Below the pieces are notes generated by a model. The model searched no databases and had not been told where the DNA came from. It saw nothing but the letters and a program-made list of their open reading frames with translations. A program made the position numbers and the translations under genes. A DNA stretch of 64,000 nt from Promethearchaeota archaeon (lineage in GTDB: Archaea > Asgardarchaeota > Lokiarchaeia > Sigyniarchaeales > SOKP01): contig JAHPZA010000006.1 in assembly GCA_019058445.1 (NCBI GenBank), positions 256,001-320,000 on the forward strand, written 5' to 3'. How positions within the stretch are numbered: position 1 is the first letter of the stretch; each line of letters begins with the position of its first letter. Shown piece by piece: positions 1-10,380 of the stretch.

Positions 1-2
1 AT

Positions 3-425
3 AAAATTAAAATTGGGATCGTTGTTGGAGAATTCCATTATGACATTACAGAAAATATGTTAAATAAGGCTGTAGAACATGCCGAATTTTTGGGATGTGA
101 TGTTGTGGAAGTATTTAAGGTGCCAGGTAGTTTTGATATGCCTTTAGCAATAAAAAACTTATTAGCAAAGGATATCATTGAAGGTGTTGTTTGTTTGGGA
201 GCAGTAATTAAAGGAGACACTGATCATGATCAGATTGTTGCCCAACACGCAGCAAGAAAAATGGTAGACTTATCATTAGATTTTAATAAACCTGTCTCAT
301 TGGGAGTTTCAGGACCTGGAATGACTAGAGTTGAAGCAGTTGAGAGAATTGAGGATTTTGCACGCCGTTCTGTAGAAAGTGTGGTCAAAATGGTAAGGAG
401 AATACGAGATTCTAATAAAAGTTGA
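3..425 (+). CDS. ribH: 6,7-dimethyl-8-ribityllumazine synthase (5' end outside window)
   Basis: Frame is open from position 3 ([20 protein letters not shown]). Motifs [20 protein letters not shown] and [11 protein letters not shown] are typical of archaeal lumazine synthase. Confidence 0.95.
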   Translation, partial: KIKIGIVVGEFHYDITENMLNKAVEHAEFLGCDVVEVFKVPGSFDMPLAIKNLLAKDIIEGVVCLGAVIKGDTDHDQIVAQHAARKMVDLSLDFNKPVSLGVSGPGMTRVEAVERIEDFARRSVESVVKMVRRIRDSNKS

Positions 426-435
426 GGTTGTTTTA

Positions 436-1191
436 TTGATACAAATAACTTATATTCAAATTGACAATTTCGGACCATTTACAGAAGAAATGGGTAACTA
501 TAGAGAGCATAAAATTCAAATTCTTCTCTCAGAAATATATATTTTCTTACAAAAACAATTTAATCGCTATGGAAGTCTTGTATTTTCTGCCTCAAAAGAT
601 AATATGATGGCGGTTTCAAATGGAATATCCATAAAGCATCATCAAATTTTTATTAATAAATTAGAAAAAAAATTTCCTATCACAGTCAGTATGGGAATTG
701 GAATAGGAGATACCCCATTAAATGCTCAAATTGAAGCATCAAAAGCATTAATTGCTAAGGGAAGTGCACAGTCTTCAAGAAAAAAAGTACTCGCATATAA
801 TGGTCACAAATTGCCTGTAAAAAAGAGTGTTAAAGTTGCTCACATTGATATAAATTACTATACGAAATTAGCTACAGATGTAAATCCGTTCTATAAAAAT
901 TATATAGATTTGAATAGAGGTTATTTAACATTAATGGAAAATTTCCAAACTATAGGCATTCTTTGCTTTTTCAATGGAGGAGATAATTTTATTTGCATAT
1001 GTCCTCCATCAATGGAACCTGATGAATTAATACCAACAATAAACTTATTTGAATTTAAACATAAACCATGGAAATTGAAAGCAGGGATTGGAGTTGGAGA
1101 TACTATTTTAGAAGCAATATCTAAGGCAAATATTTGTTTAAAGGAAATACGAGAAAATCATAATACAAAACAAATTATGGTTCTAAATTGA
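436..1191 (+). CDS. gch3: GTP cyclohydrolase III (archaeal)
   Basis: N-terminal IQIDNFGPFT, internal DNMMAVSNG, HIDIN and GGDNF motifs. TTG start with GAGGT SD at 424-428. Sits in a riboflavin gene block. Confidence 0.88.
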   Translation: MIQITYIQIDNFGPFTEEMGNYREHKIQILLSEIYIFLQKQFNRYGSLVFSASKDNMMAVSNGISIKHHQIFINKLEKKFPITVSMGIGIGDTPLNAQIEASKALIAKGSAQSSRKKVLAYNGHKLPVKKSVKVAHIDINYYTKLATDVNPFYKNYIDLNRGYLTLMENFQTIGILCFFNGGDNFICICPPSMEPDELIPTINLFEFKHKPWKLKAGIGVGDTILEAISKANICLKEIRENHNTKQIMVLN

Positions 1192-1243
1192 GGTTTTTTG
1201 TGATTCAGACTTTTTTATTACTGCGCTAAATAGTGATTGTTAT

Positions 1244-1924
1244 ATGAATAATTTCGTTTTTATTCCAATCGGAAGTTATGAACAACATGGCCCTCACCTG
1301 CCTCCTGAAACAGATTATATAATTGCTAAAAAAATAGTAGAACATGTAGCTCCAACATTTAAAGGTAAGATAATTGAAGGGATTAGGATAGGCATCTCTC
1401 CAGAGCATAAAAAATTTAAAAATTCAAAATCAATTTCCAAGAAAAAATTTAAAACCCGAGTAAATAAACTTCTAAAAAATTTTAATGAAGATGCGAGGTT
1501 TTTTCTTATAAATGCTCATGGGGGAAATAATCATGTTTTACGTTCAATCCAAAAACTACATGAAGATAAAATTTTGGTTTTAAATACATTTTCAATAATT
1601 AAGAAAGAATTAATGAAAATAAGAACGTCAAGAATTGGGGGAATCTGTCATGCTGGAGAGTTCGAAACGTCAATTATGATGCTTTTATTTCCAAAAAGGG
1701 TAAAAATGAATAAATTAAAGAAAAGTGATGTAAAATATATCCCTAAACTTGATCCAAATTATAAGTTCGAGAAACCTGTAAAATGGAGAACTATAGATCT
1801 TAGTAAAAGTGGAATATTAGGCGATCCACTTCACGCTTCAAAAGAAAAAGGAGAAATATGGTTTAATATTTTAATTGAAAAAATAACATCTTTAATTGAA
1901 GAATTTATTTATCAATCAGTTTAA
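1244..1924 (+). CDS. arfB: Creatininase-family amidohydrolase, probably FAPy-monophosphate deformylase
   Basis: PIGSYEQHGPHLP, NAHGGN and HAGEFETS motifs. Position after gch3 fits the archaeal riboflavin pathway. Confidence 0.75.
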   Translation: MNNFVFIPIGSYEQHGPHLPPETDYIIAKKIVEHVAPTFKGKIIEGIRIGISPEHKKFKNSKSISKKKFKTRVNKLLKNFNEDARFFLINAHGGNNHVLRSIQKLHEDKILVLNTFSIIKKELMKIRTSRIGGICHAGEFETSIMMLLFPKRVKMNKLKKSDVKYIPKLDPNYKFEKPVKWRTIDLSKSGILGDPLHASKEKGEIWFNILIEKITSLIEEFIYQSV

Positions 1925-1963
1925 TATGATGAAATTATAAATATGAAAAAAAAATAAAATAAT

Positions 1964-3376
1964 TTAGAGGTTCATTTCAATAAGTTTTTTCTTTATTTCA
2001 ATCGCTCGTTCTTTAGATATATCATGAAATTTGATGAAGATAAGCGTACCAATTAACATAATTATTGCCGGGATTATTGAAATTTGAAGTAATAGACCAA
2101 ATTTAGCAAAATCGCTATTATCTGTACCTAATTGAGCATCATAACCTGTACTAGTAGCTATTATCGCAAAAACTAAGATTTGCCAAAAAATCGCTGTTGC
2201 AGAAAAAAATCGTAATATCCCTAGATAGGAACCTTCCTCACGAGTACCATGTTTTAAAGTTGCGTTATCAACACCTTCAGAAAAGATTGCATTAAGCAAA
2301 GCAGATGTACCAGAAACACCAATAGCCCAAAAGATATATACTAGGACTAATATGAAAAAATTGACAGCAAATATAAAACAAGCTGTACTTATCACAATTA
2401 AAATCAATGTATAATTGAAAGCTTTTCTCGATCCTATCTTTCTTGCTATTTTCATCCATATTGGTACTGACACAAAAGCCACTAAAAAGAATGTAAGGCC
2501 TGTAATAGCAGTCATTTGTATAGGTAGCCCTAAAGCATCTAATATATAGAAGGCAGTCCCAACAGTTACACAAGATACGGCTACTACATAGAGATCATAG
2601 GCTATAACTATTGCCATCCAATTTTTATCTGTTAAAGCTCTTTTTATAAGTACTTTTGGAGGTGAGGAACTTTTTCCTTCAGTATCTAAAGTGATTCGTA
2701 ACTCTTTCATTTCTTCAGGTTCACGAGCGCTTAAAAGATGCGGAATAGCAATGATTATCAGTATTATTATTGTAAATAAATTAGCATAGAAGAAAGCCAT
2801 TGGATTAGTGACTCCTCCAAACATTCCCAGTAAAACCGGACTAGTAATCGCAAACAATATCGCAACCATTCCATACAATATATAAGAATATGTGCCAAAT
2901 TTTACTCTTTGCTTTTGATCCCGTAATCTATCGACATTTAAGGCTGCAAAACTCAATTCATATAACGTTTGAAAGGCATCATAAATAATGATTATAATCA
3001 AAATCCATATTACAGCTAATAATGGATCTAATGTTACAGGAACATAGAGTAAAAGAAGACTTAATAAAGCTCCAAACAGTCCAATAACAATATAAGGAAA
3101 CCTTTTCCCATGCTTCGAGGTAAACTTAGAAGAACGATCCAGTAAATTACCAGTTAATGGATCATTTACTGCGTCCCAAATTACATATATTCCAAAAATA
3201 AGAAGAACATATAAAATTGGAATACCTATTGCTTTTAGAGCAAAAAGCTGTATATTATTTCTTATGCTCCAAAACGTATTTAAAATTGCAAGATTTAAAG
3301 CAAAAGCAATCATTTTTTTATTGCTAAAGGGTTCATATTTTGTTAACTCATCGTCTGATGACATAGTTTCCATCAC
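1964..3376 (-). CDS. MFS transporter, GPH/MelB-like sugar:cation symporter
   Basis: About 12 TM segments; WDAVNDP and HGTREEGSY motifs. Confidence 0.88.
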   Translation of the reverse strand: MMETMSSDDELTKYEPFSNKKMIAFALNLAILNTFWSIRNNIQLFALKAIGIPILYVLLIFGIYVIWDAVNDPLTGNLLDRSSKFTSKHGKRFPYIVIGLFGALLSLLLLYVPVTLDPLLAVIWILIIIIIYDAFQTLYELSFAALNVDRLRDQKQRVKFGTYSYILYGMVAILFAITSPVLLGMFGGVTNPMAFFYANLFTIIILIIIAIPHLLSAREPEEMKELRITLDTEGKSSSPPKVLIKRALTDKNWMAIVIAYDLYVVAVSCVTVGTAFYILDALGLPIQMTAITGLTFFLVAFVSVPIWMKIARKIGSRKAFNYTLILIVISTACFIFAVNFFILVLVYIFWAIGVSGTSALLNAIFSEGVDNATLKHGTREEGSYLGILRFFSATAIFWQILVFAIIATSTGYDAQLGTDNSDFAKFGLLLQISIIPAIIMLIGTLIFIKFHDISKERAIEIKKKLIEMNL

Positions 3377-3684
3377 TTTTTGACCTTTTTTAGTAAATTT
3401 ACTATTACATTAGATATCTTAAGTTACTCATGATAATTTATAAATACTTATTTTTTTCTGTTCATGTAATTGTTATTTACACAATTTCCAAAAAAAAATA
3501 ACTATGTTTATATATACAATCAAATAACAGATTGATTCTATAATAATCATGACGAATAAAAAAAAACCGTAATTAACGTTTCTTTAAACAATTTAGGTCT
3601 ATATTTAAAGGTTAATATCTGATTAGCTTTAAAAAATTTTATATATAGATTATTCGTGATTATTATGTCTTATAAAAATATATT

Positions 3685-3732
3685 TAAATAAACATCCATT
3701 TTTCTAATACCTTTAATTGCATCGAATTTAAT
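3685..3732 (-). repeat. Diverged copy of the polB1 3' end (encodes IKFDAIKGIRKMDVYL vs ISFDEIKGIKKMDAFF at 3823-3870)
   Basis: Manual alignment: 35/48 nt and 10/16 aa identical, four differences synonymous, same reading frame, 138 nt offset. Confidence 0.8.
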
Positions 3733-3819
3733 CCTTCTGATAACTGTTATCGAATAACTGAAACAAATGGTAAGCTTTATAGAAAAAAACTCATGGGATT
3801 TCTTAATTTTAATGGGGAC

Positions 3820-6747
3820 TTAGAAAAAAGCGTCCATTTTCTTAATCCCTTTTATTTCATCAAAAGAAATTCCGAGAGCATCAAGCACTTGCTCTAAGGC
3901 AGATTTAAGTAGTTCTTTATACTTCTTAGAATCAATATCTTGAAGTTTTGCGAGCTCGATTGCCTTTGCACCATTAGGACCTTTAGTCTTTACGAAACTA
4001 ATGGTTTCCCCTTTTTGATATTCTTTCCCTGTAGCGTTTTTTAATTCGATTGCCGCTCGGACATGTTGAGGAATGACTTTTGTATACCCCTTAAGATTCT
4101 TTTGCATAGCAATATTGATTGCATAATCTTCTAAACTAAATGCATCAGGTTTTCCTATCTTACTGAGATTTTCTTTTACAATTTCGATAATTTCACTCCG
4201 AGCTTTTGAAAATTCATTATCATTTGTTACATTTTTCAAGATCTCTAATAAACTGCCAAAGACTTTTTTAATGAACTCAGGTGTATTTTTCTTTTTTGCT
4301 ACTAAACCTTTTATATCAACATATTTAGTGTTCTTATAGATTCCTACATAGTTTTTCTTCCGTTCAGAAAGGGCTAAAAATTGGTAAGTTTTTTCTTCTT
4401 CTAAATCAAGATCAAGCTCCTCTTTACTCCATTTCGACAATTCATCCATTTGTTTATTTGTAGGGTTTAATAAAAAAACGCTGTCAGTATCGCCATAAAG
4501 AACTTGGACACCAATCTCTTCTGATTTTTTGATAGTTTGCTTGATTGAGTATTGACCTATTGAGGTTGTACTTTCAGCAACTGGTAAACAAAACAAGGGG
4601 AAATTCAAAGAACCGAAAACACCATATGAACCGTTAATAAACACTTTAAGAGCTTGCTGAATAGTATGATAGTAGCTTCGTTGTTTTTCAGTTAAATTCT
4701 TATCCCCTGATTTTGGCTTAAAATACTTTACTCTAATATCCCGGAAAAACCCAACTACATATGCAAAGATACCCATTTTATGGGTACAGGTATGGTATGG
4801 CGTTCCTTTTAGAAGGTTGTCTTCGCAATCAGTATGTGGACACAACACAGTTTCATAAGACAAGTTGTATTCCTTAATTATTGAGGGATACAAGCTTGCG
4901 AAATCCATCACGACTACATCATAATGAATCCCCGGAACAGGAGGAATAACATATGCTCCTTGAAAACCTTTTCCCTCTATTATTGACTTTTTATACCCTC
5001 CTTTTTTTACTTCAGAGATTTCTGATCGACGAGGAATAAGATTCCCTTTTCTGCGATGCTCAAAATAAAAGATATTTTGTATCCAGGTTGAAATTTGCCG
5101 ACGCACCATATCATGAATCGGCATTTTTGTAATCCTACATAATAAAATGATTAAATTCCAAACTAAGGAGTTATTGAACTTAGTTAATTCTAAAGTGAGT
5201 ATGGAATCCTTTAAATTGTACCAAGAAAGGATGTTATATTCCATATCATGGATTTCTTCTTCGTGCTGATACTTCTCTTTTCCTAATAATGCTGCGCTAA
5301 TGGCATTTAATGAACTGCTTTCATATGAACCACTAAAGGCATATCCGGAGATACTACGATTAAAGAAGAAATTAAATACATCAATATGAATCCCGTGTCT
5401 TAAATCACACTCAGCTTTAGACATAATTCCAAACCCTCGTTTTACATGAATGGGATTTAAATCTCGATCAATTTTTAGTTTTTCTGCCCTATGAAACATA
5501 TAGTTCAAATCAAAATTATCTCCATTAAAGGTAATAACTACAGGGTACTTCCACATCAACCGAAAGGTCTCAAGCAATAAGATTTTTTCAGATTTAAAGA
5601 ACAAAACCTGGGCATCTGAGGGAAAATTTTTATGAAGGTTTCCATATGAAAATCCTTCCCGTTCGAGCATATAGACTAATTTTAAACCGTCAGTGGCGAC
5701 AAAAGATATACTGATAATTTCTTGTTTCGCTTGACGTGGATCTGGGATTCTATAATCTTGGGCACCTAAATTAACTTCAATGTCCATAGCCATTCGTTTT
5801 ACATTTGGTATGGGGGTGAGAAATATATCTAAAAACTTTTCAGAAAACTCTTGAATCTCATTAGATTCCTCTTTAAATAAATCTCGTAGTTCTATGGCTA
5901 TTTTTTTAGATTCTTCATCTGTCTCTTCGAAATTTATTTGAGTAATACTACCATTTTTAATAGAATAGATTAATCCCGGTATTAATTGTCTATCAAATAT
6001 GTAATTTAAATGATATCTTATGTCTGCTTCCCATGCTTTAACATCATTTTCTCCTAAAATATTTCGAATATTTATGCCAGAACCTCCAATATTAGTAGGA
6101 GTTTTCCCATAAATTTTTGTCATGGGAATTTCTTTGTCACTTATAAGGTTAAAGCGTTTAATTTCCTCAAATCTAGTGAATCCATCATATTCGATTAATT
6201 TCAGGATTTTACTTAATTTATTATCATGATAAGTCATTTTTTTTAAATCAGTAATAGAATTCTTGCTTAAACAATAAGGTTCATGGTCAGTTGTATCGAT
6301 CCATATTTTTATTTCATCAGTATCCAAATCGTAAAACTTGCAAAAAGCTTTATTTTGTCCCCCATCATAATCCACGTCTAATAATAATCCCCTTTCTAAG
6401 TTTTCAATGATATTTCTCTTTTCAATTAAATATCTAATATATTTTGATGTGACTCCTTCTCTTTGTATTTTTTCTAGTTTAATATTACCTTGTTTTAAGC
6501 CAAATGGCTTGTCATTTCCTTCAAAGAATAGTTTTTGGGGTATTTTTGTGGTTTCCTTCAGTTTTTCCTTTTCGACTTTTTCTAGTGGTTTAGGTTTCGT
6601 TGGTTTAGTTGTTGCGGCTTTTTTTAATTTCGGTTTCTTCTCTGTTTTGGGTTTATCTTCTATTGGTTTCTCTTTTTTCGGTTTTGATTCATCAATATAT
6701 GAAAATAAAGATTTTTGCTTATCATCCACTTTTTTCTTCTTTGCCAT
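3820..6747 (-). CDS. polB1: Family B DNA polymerase, PolB1-type
   Basis: Exo I DIEV, Exo II FNGDNFD, polymerase motifs DFASLYPSII, QQALKVFINGSYG and YGDTDS. PolB1-like N-terminal domain. PIP-like QKSLFSY at the N-terminus and KKMDAFF at the C-terminus. Start placed at ATG 6747. Confidence 0.95.
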   Translation of the reverse strand: MAKKKKVDDKQKSLFSYIDESKPKKEKPIEDKPKTEKKPKLKKAATTKPTKPKPLEKVEKEKLKETTKIPQKLFFEGNDKPFGLKQGNIKLEKIQREGVTSKYIRYLIEKRNIIENLERGLLLDVDYDGGQNKAFCKFYDLDTDEIKIWIDTTDHEPYCLSKNSITDLKKMTYHDNKLSKILKLIEYDGFTRFEEIKRFNLISDKEIPMTKIYGKTPTNIGGSGINIRNILGENDVKAWEADIRYHLNYIFDRQLIPGLIYSIKNGSITQINFEETDEESKKIAIELRDLFKEESNEIQEFSEKFLDIFLTPIPNVKRMAMDIEVNLGAQDYRIPDPRQAKQEIISISFVATDGLKLVYMLEREGFSYGNLHKNFPSDAQVLFFKSEKILLLETFRLMWKYPVVITFNGDNFDLNYMFHRAEKLKIDRDLNPIHVKRGFGIMSKAECDLRHGIHIDVFNFFFNRSISGYAFSGSYESSSLNAISAALLGKEKYQHEEEIHDMEYNILSWYNLKDSILTLELTKFNNSLVWNLIILLCRITKMPIHDMVRRQISTWIQNIFYFEHRRKGNLIPRRSEISEVKKGGYKKSIIEGKGFQGAYVIPPVPGIHYDVVVMDFASLYPSIIKEYNLSYETVLCPHTDCEDNLLKGTPYHTCTHKMGIFAYVVGFFRDIRVKYFKPKSGDKNLTEKQRSYYHTIQQALKVFINGSYGVFGSLNFPLFCLPVAESTTSIGQYSIKQTIKKSEEIGVQVLYGDTDSVFLLNPTNKQMDELSKWSKEELDLDLEEEKTYQFLALSERKKNYVGIYKNTKYVDIKGLVAKKKNTPEFIKKVFGSLLEILKNVTNDNEFSKARSEIIEIVKENLSKIGKPDAFSLEDYAINIAMQKNLKGYTKVIPQHVRAAIELKNATGKEYQKGETISFVKTKGPNGAKAIELAKLQDIDSKKYKELLKSALEQVLDALGISFDEIKGIKKMDAFF

Positions 6748-6889
6748 TTTCACGACCAATAGGAAAATTTGAATTAACTTTATATATGTATAAATATTAT
6801 CAGATTGATTATAATAACATCTATTCAGAGTTTAATATTTTAAAATCTAAAAAAAGATAAAAAAAAATAGACTATTGTAAATTTGTTAT

Positions 6890-8263
6890 TTATTTTGTCC
6901 CCGTGGTCATTCTGATATCTCCTAAGAGCATATAAGGAGCGAAAATAGTATTACCACTAGTACTTAACCAGGTGTTAACTTGCTTTAAATTTTTTCCCAA
7001 TGCAAGTGTATTCTCAAGCATATGGAAATGATCAGAATTTATACGGAGTTCTCGAACAGGTTCCAAGATTTTTCCCTTGTCTTTTACCAAAAACATTCCA
7101 TCTTTAGGAAGAGATGACAATGCCCCTGGAGGAGCATAACTTTGATACCGAGTATACCACGTAGATGTTACCAATAATGTAGGTTTTTCGGAAATTTCCA
7201 TTAGTTCCTCTAAATTATAATCTCCCGTGGAAAACACGGTATTTGATGGTTTAGGCATGGTAATTCCAGCGTTTGCAGTAGAAGTTTCATCTTTTCGAGC
7301 AAGAGATGTATTAGTAAAATATTGTTTTATTACACCCTTATCAATTAATACCGTTTTTTGAGTAGGAACAAGCTCATCATCAAAAGGTGAAGTATCTAAA
7401 CCATATTCTACAGTCCCATCGTCCCAAGCAGAAATTTTCTCATCAGCAATCTTATCTCCCTCTTTCTTACCAACTAACCACGAAAGACCCATTTTTTTCA
7501 CATAAGCGTTTAGTCCAATTGCAGGTGTGGGTGCTTGTAACTCCGTAGATACTTTAGGATATATGATTAGATTATAAACGCCTGGCTTCCCTTTTTTTCC
7601 ACCGATTGCTTGTTTACATATTATTCCCGCTTCTTTTCCTGCTCCTACAGGGTCGAATTTTTTATCAATATGTGTAGAACATGATAATGCTTCTCCCGTT
7701 GCATACATATCCTTTGCAAATGCGCGTATTCTAAAATTTAAGTTAGTTCTTTTATAATTCCCTTCTAATCCTTTACTATTGAATAAATAAAATTGAGCAT
7801 CTCCAAAGAAGAAAGATCCTGCAACCCTATTAGCTCCTTGAGATATACAAGCATCTGTTGCTTCTTCTACCATATCAACTGCTTTCTCTCCTAAACCAAC
7901 AACTTTAGTATCAAAAATCTTATTTTGAATCTCATTATCATACTTAAATGGACCTTCTGGTAAACGTTTATAATTAGAATTTCTTTGAGCGACATCTAAT
8001 AGTTTTTCACTATCATTTAACGTCTTTTCAATAGCTCCGGGTCGTAAATCGCTAATCATCATCTCTATTGTTCTTCTTTTTTTAGATAAAAATAAATTTA
8101 ACCTAACATCATCCCAGTTTTTATTAATGTCTATTTTATTTTCAGAAAATCTAATTTGGCTTTCGTTCCTTATTATGCCTTTTATTGCCCAATCTGTACA
8201 AAACCGTTCTAAAGTCTTTTTTGCCCGTTCCATTACTTCATTTAACTTTTCTGCCTTATCCAT
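6890..8263 (-). CDS. tldE: TldE/PmbA family protein
   Basis: TldD/PmbA features (PFDDE, LIDKGV, STANAG), no HExxxH motif, directly downstream of tldD. Confidence 0.85.
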   Translation of the reverse strand: MDKAEKLNEVMERAKKTLERFCTDWAIKGIIRNESQIRFSENKIDINKNWDDVRLNLFLSKKRRTIEMMISDLRPGAIEKTLNDSEKLLDVAQRNSNYKRLPEGPFKYDNEIQNKIFDTKVVGLGEKAVDMVEEATDACISQGANRVAGSFFFGDAQFYLFNSKGLEGNYKRTNLNFRIRAFAKDMYATGEALSCSTHIDKKFDPVGAGKEAGIICKQAIGGKKGKPGVYNLIIYPKVSTELQAPTPAIGLNAYVKKMGLSWLVGKKEGDKIADEKISAWDDGTVEYGLDTSPFDDELVPTQKTVLIDKGVIKQYFTNTSLARKDETSTANAGITMPKPSNTVFSTGDYNLEELMEISEKPTLLVTSTWYTRYQSYAPPGALSSLPKDGMFLVKDKGKILEPVRELRINSDHFHMLENTLALGKNLKQVNTWLSTSGNTIFAPYMLLGDIRMTTGTK

Positions 8264-8272
8264 AGGATCACC

Positions 8273-9739
8273 TTACGCTAACCTCACATTTCTTAATCTT
8301 ACTGCGGGACCGCCAGTCCATACAGGACATCCTTGCCCAGGTTCAGACTTGCCGCAGAAAGCACCCTGCCATTCCATAGTTTCTTCCTTTCCTTGAGCAT
8401 CAATTGAACCGAACAAACCGGGAGTGGATATTTCGAGACCTGGTTTTAGAACGAAAATATTACTAATTTCCCCATTTTCAATCAGATAAGCTTCTTGACC
8501 GACATATTTTGACTGTAATCTTTTATCATCAATATTCCATTCCGTAAAAGACTTCATAAAAATCCCCAATTTAACATCTTCCACCATTTCTTCAAAAGAA
8601 AGATCACCAGGAGCAAAATAAGTATTGGCCATTCGAACTAATGGTTCTCGATCGTAGGCAACTGCTCTTGCCGCTGCGTTACTTTGAATATTAAACATTG
8701 CCGCAGTTTCTCTATTGTGTAGCATCTCATTAAAAATACCATCCTTTATTAATTCCCTTCTCCTTGCTTTCACACCCTCATCATCATACAAATAAAAGCC
8801 ATATGAACCCAGGATCGTAGGATCTTCAAATACATTTACACATTCATTTCCAATTTTATAACCAAGTTCATGTTCTTTTAAATAAGATTCACCTGCTTGG
8901 GCACCCTCTCTCCCTAAAATACGATCGGCTTCGTGTGGATGGCCACAATTTTCATGAGAAATAATTCCTGCTACGTCTGGTCCAAGAATAATGTCTATTT
9001 CACCTTCAGGAGATTTTTTAGACTTTAAGATAATATCTCCAAGCACCTTTACTTTATCTTCAACTTTTTGTTTGATATTCCAAGATGTAAATTCATCCCA
9101 TCCACCAGTCGTGCCATAGGTAGTGTATGATTGCTCATTCTTTCCTCCGGGCTGCACTCCAATTATCACTGGAATAAGGGCTATTCGGGGTACATGGCTG
9201 GAAATCTTTGAACCTTCACTCGTTATAAAATAAGTATCCCGTTGTTCTGTGATTAACACAAAAATATGAATAAAATTAACAGGATGCTTTTCAGAAAAGA
9301 TGCTTATTAAATCTTGTAAATATGTGATCTTCTCTTCTAAGGGCACCGCCATTGGATTTATCTTATATTTACTCTGCCATTTAACTTCATATGCTTTTTC
9401 TTCACTCATTTTAAGCGGGCTTTTTCTTTGAGCACCACTTCTTTTAGCAGTTTTATATGCATGATCTACACAATCACAAATAGTCTCTTTATTAAGAATG
9501 TTTGTGGCAACCATTCCCATTCCCCCATTTACTAAAAGACGAATATTTATTCCTGATTTTCTACTAAAAGCATCGGTAGTAAGTTCAATGGGTAAATTTC
9601 CCATATGCATTTTTCCATTAATAAAGATTAATATATCACTATTATTGTTTTCAAGCCTCACTTCTGCATAATCACATGTTCTTCCATTTTCTCTAGCATA
9701 TTCAAGGGCAAATTCAGCTAAATCTTTAAATTCTTCCAT
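8273..9739 (-). CDS. tldD: TldD family metalloprotease
   Basis: HENCGHPHEADR zinc motif, YDDEGV, RMANTY and C-terminal FCGK. Confidence 0.92.
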   Translation of the reverse strand: MEEFKDLAEFALEYARENGRTCDYAEVRLENNNSDILIFINGKMHMGNLPIELTTDAFSRKSGINIRLLVNGGMGMVATNILNKETICDCVDHAYKTAKRSGAQRKSPLKMSEEKAYEVKWQSKYKINPMAVPLEEKITYLQDLISIFSEKHPVNFIHIFVLITEQRDTYFITSEGSKISSHVPRIALIPVIIGVQPGGKNEQSYTTYGTTGGWDEFTSWNIKQKVEDKVKVLGDIILKSKKSPEGEIDIILGPDVAGIISHENCGHPHEADRILGREGAQAGESYLKEHELGYKIGNECVNVFEDPTILGSYGFYLYDDEGVKARRRELIKDGIFNEMLHNRETAAMFNIQSNAAARAVAYDREPLVRMANTYFAPGDLSFEEMVEDVKLGIFMKSFTEWNIDDKRLQSKYVGQEAYLIENGEISNIFVLKPGLEISTPGLFGSIDAQGKEETMEWQGAFCGKSEPGQGCPVWTGGPAVRLRNVRLA

Positions 9740-9867
9740 GATATTCTAACAATTATTGTTTATAATAAATAATATAAAATCAAATAATCAATAATTCTTA
9801 TACTTTACATTCTAGCAACTATTGAAGAATTAGCCAGAAAATTCATTAGAGGAGAGAGAGAAGCTAC

Positions 9868-10212
9868 TTATTTTTTATTATTCTGAATAATATCTTCAAG
9901 TTCTCTTAACAAGAGAGTTTTTTCTGCGATAAACCAATCCAATTGGCTTTTCGAGGGGCTTTCATAATAAATTATTTCAGCAACCTTTCTAATTTCATCT
10001 TCTTCAGGTTTTATCAGTTTACCATTGACGTCAGGTCGTATTAACACAACTAAATTATCTGTCTCAAGGGGTTTAATATCATATCCATTTATGATGTTGT
10101 TATTGAGGGTCACACATAACTCCGCAAGCCTCCAGATTGATTTTTCAATACTATCACTTTCTTTATAGATTTTAAACGCTAAAGCGGTAACATCTTCTTT
10201 ATCAAATGGCAT
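9868..10212 (-). CDS. Small hypothetical protein with two DUF2934-like helical repeats
   Basis: Internal repeat EDVTALAFKIY..SIWRLAE vs DEIRKVAEIIY..LDWFIAE. Confidence 0.7.
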   Translation of the reverse strand: MPFDKEDVTALAFKIYKESDSIEKSIWRLAELCVTLNNNIINGYDIKPLETDNLVVLIRPDVNGKLIKPEEDEIRKVAEIIYYESPSKSQLDWFIAEKTLLLRELEDIIQNNKK

Positions 10213-10380
10213 TTTTTTTTACGGTTTTCTATATAATAACAACTTATTAGTACTTGATTAAAAGGGAAGTAAATTTTCCTTTTAATTATTTCTATTGACA
10301 TTTTTAAGCTAATAAAACCACAAAATTAAATTATAATTCATTTTTATTTATATAGTAAAATATCATATAAATCTAGAATT

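Noticed and set aside
3820-6747. Intein or inactivated polymerase
   Set aside because: Motifs are contiguous and catalytic residues intact; the extra length is due to the N-terminal extension.
6407-6860. Plus-strand ORFs of 121 and 83 aa
   Set aside because: Antisense shadows of the Lys-rich polB1 N-terminus; the Phe-rich composition is explained by the reverse complement.
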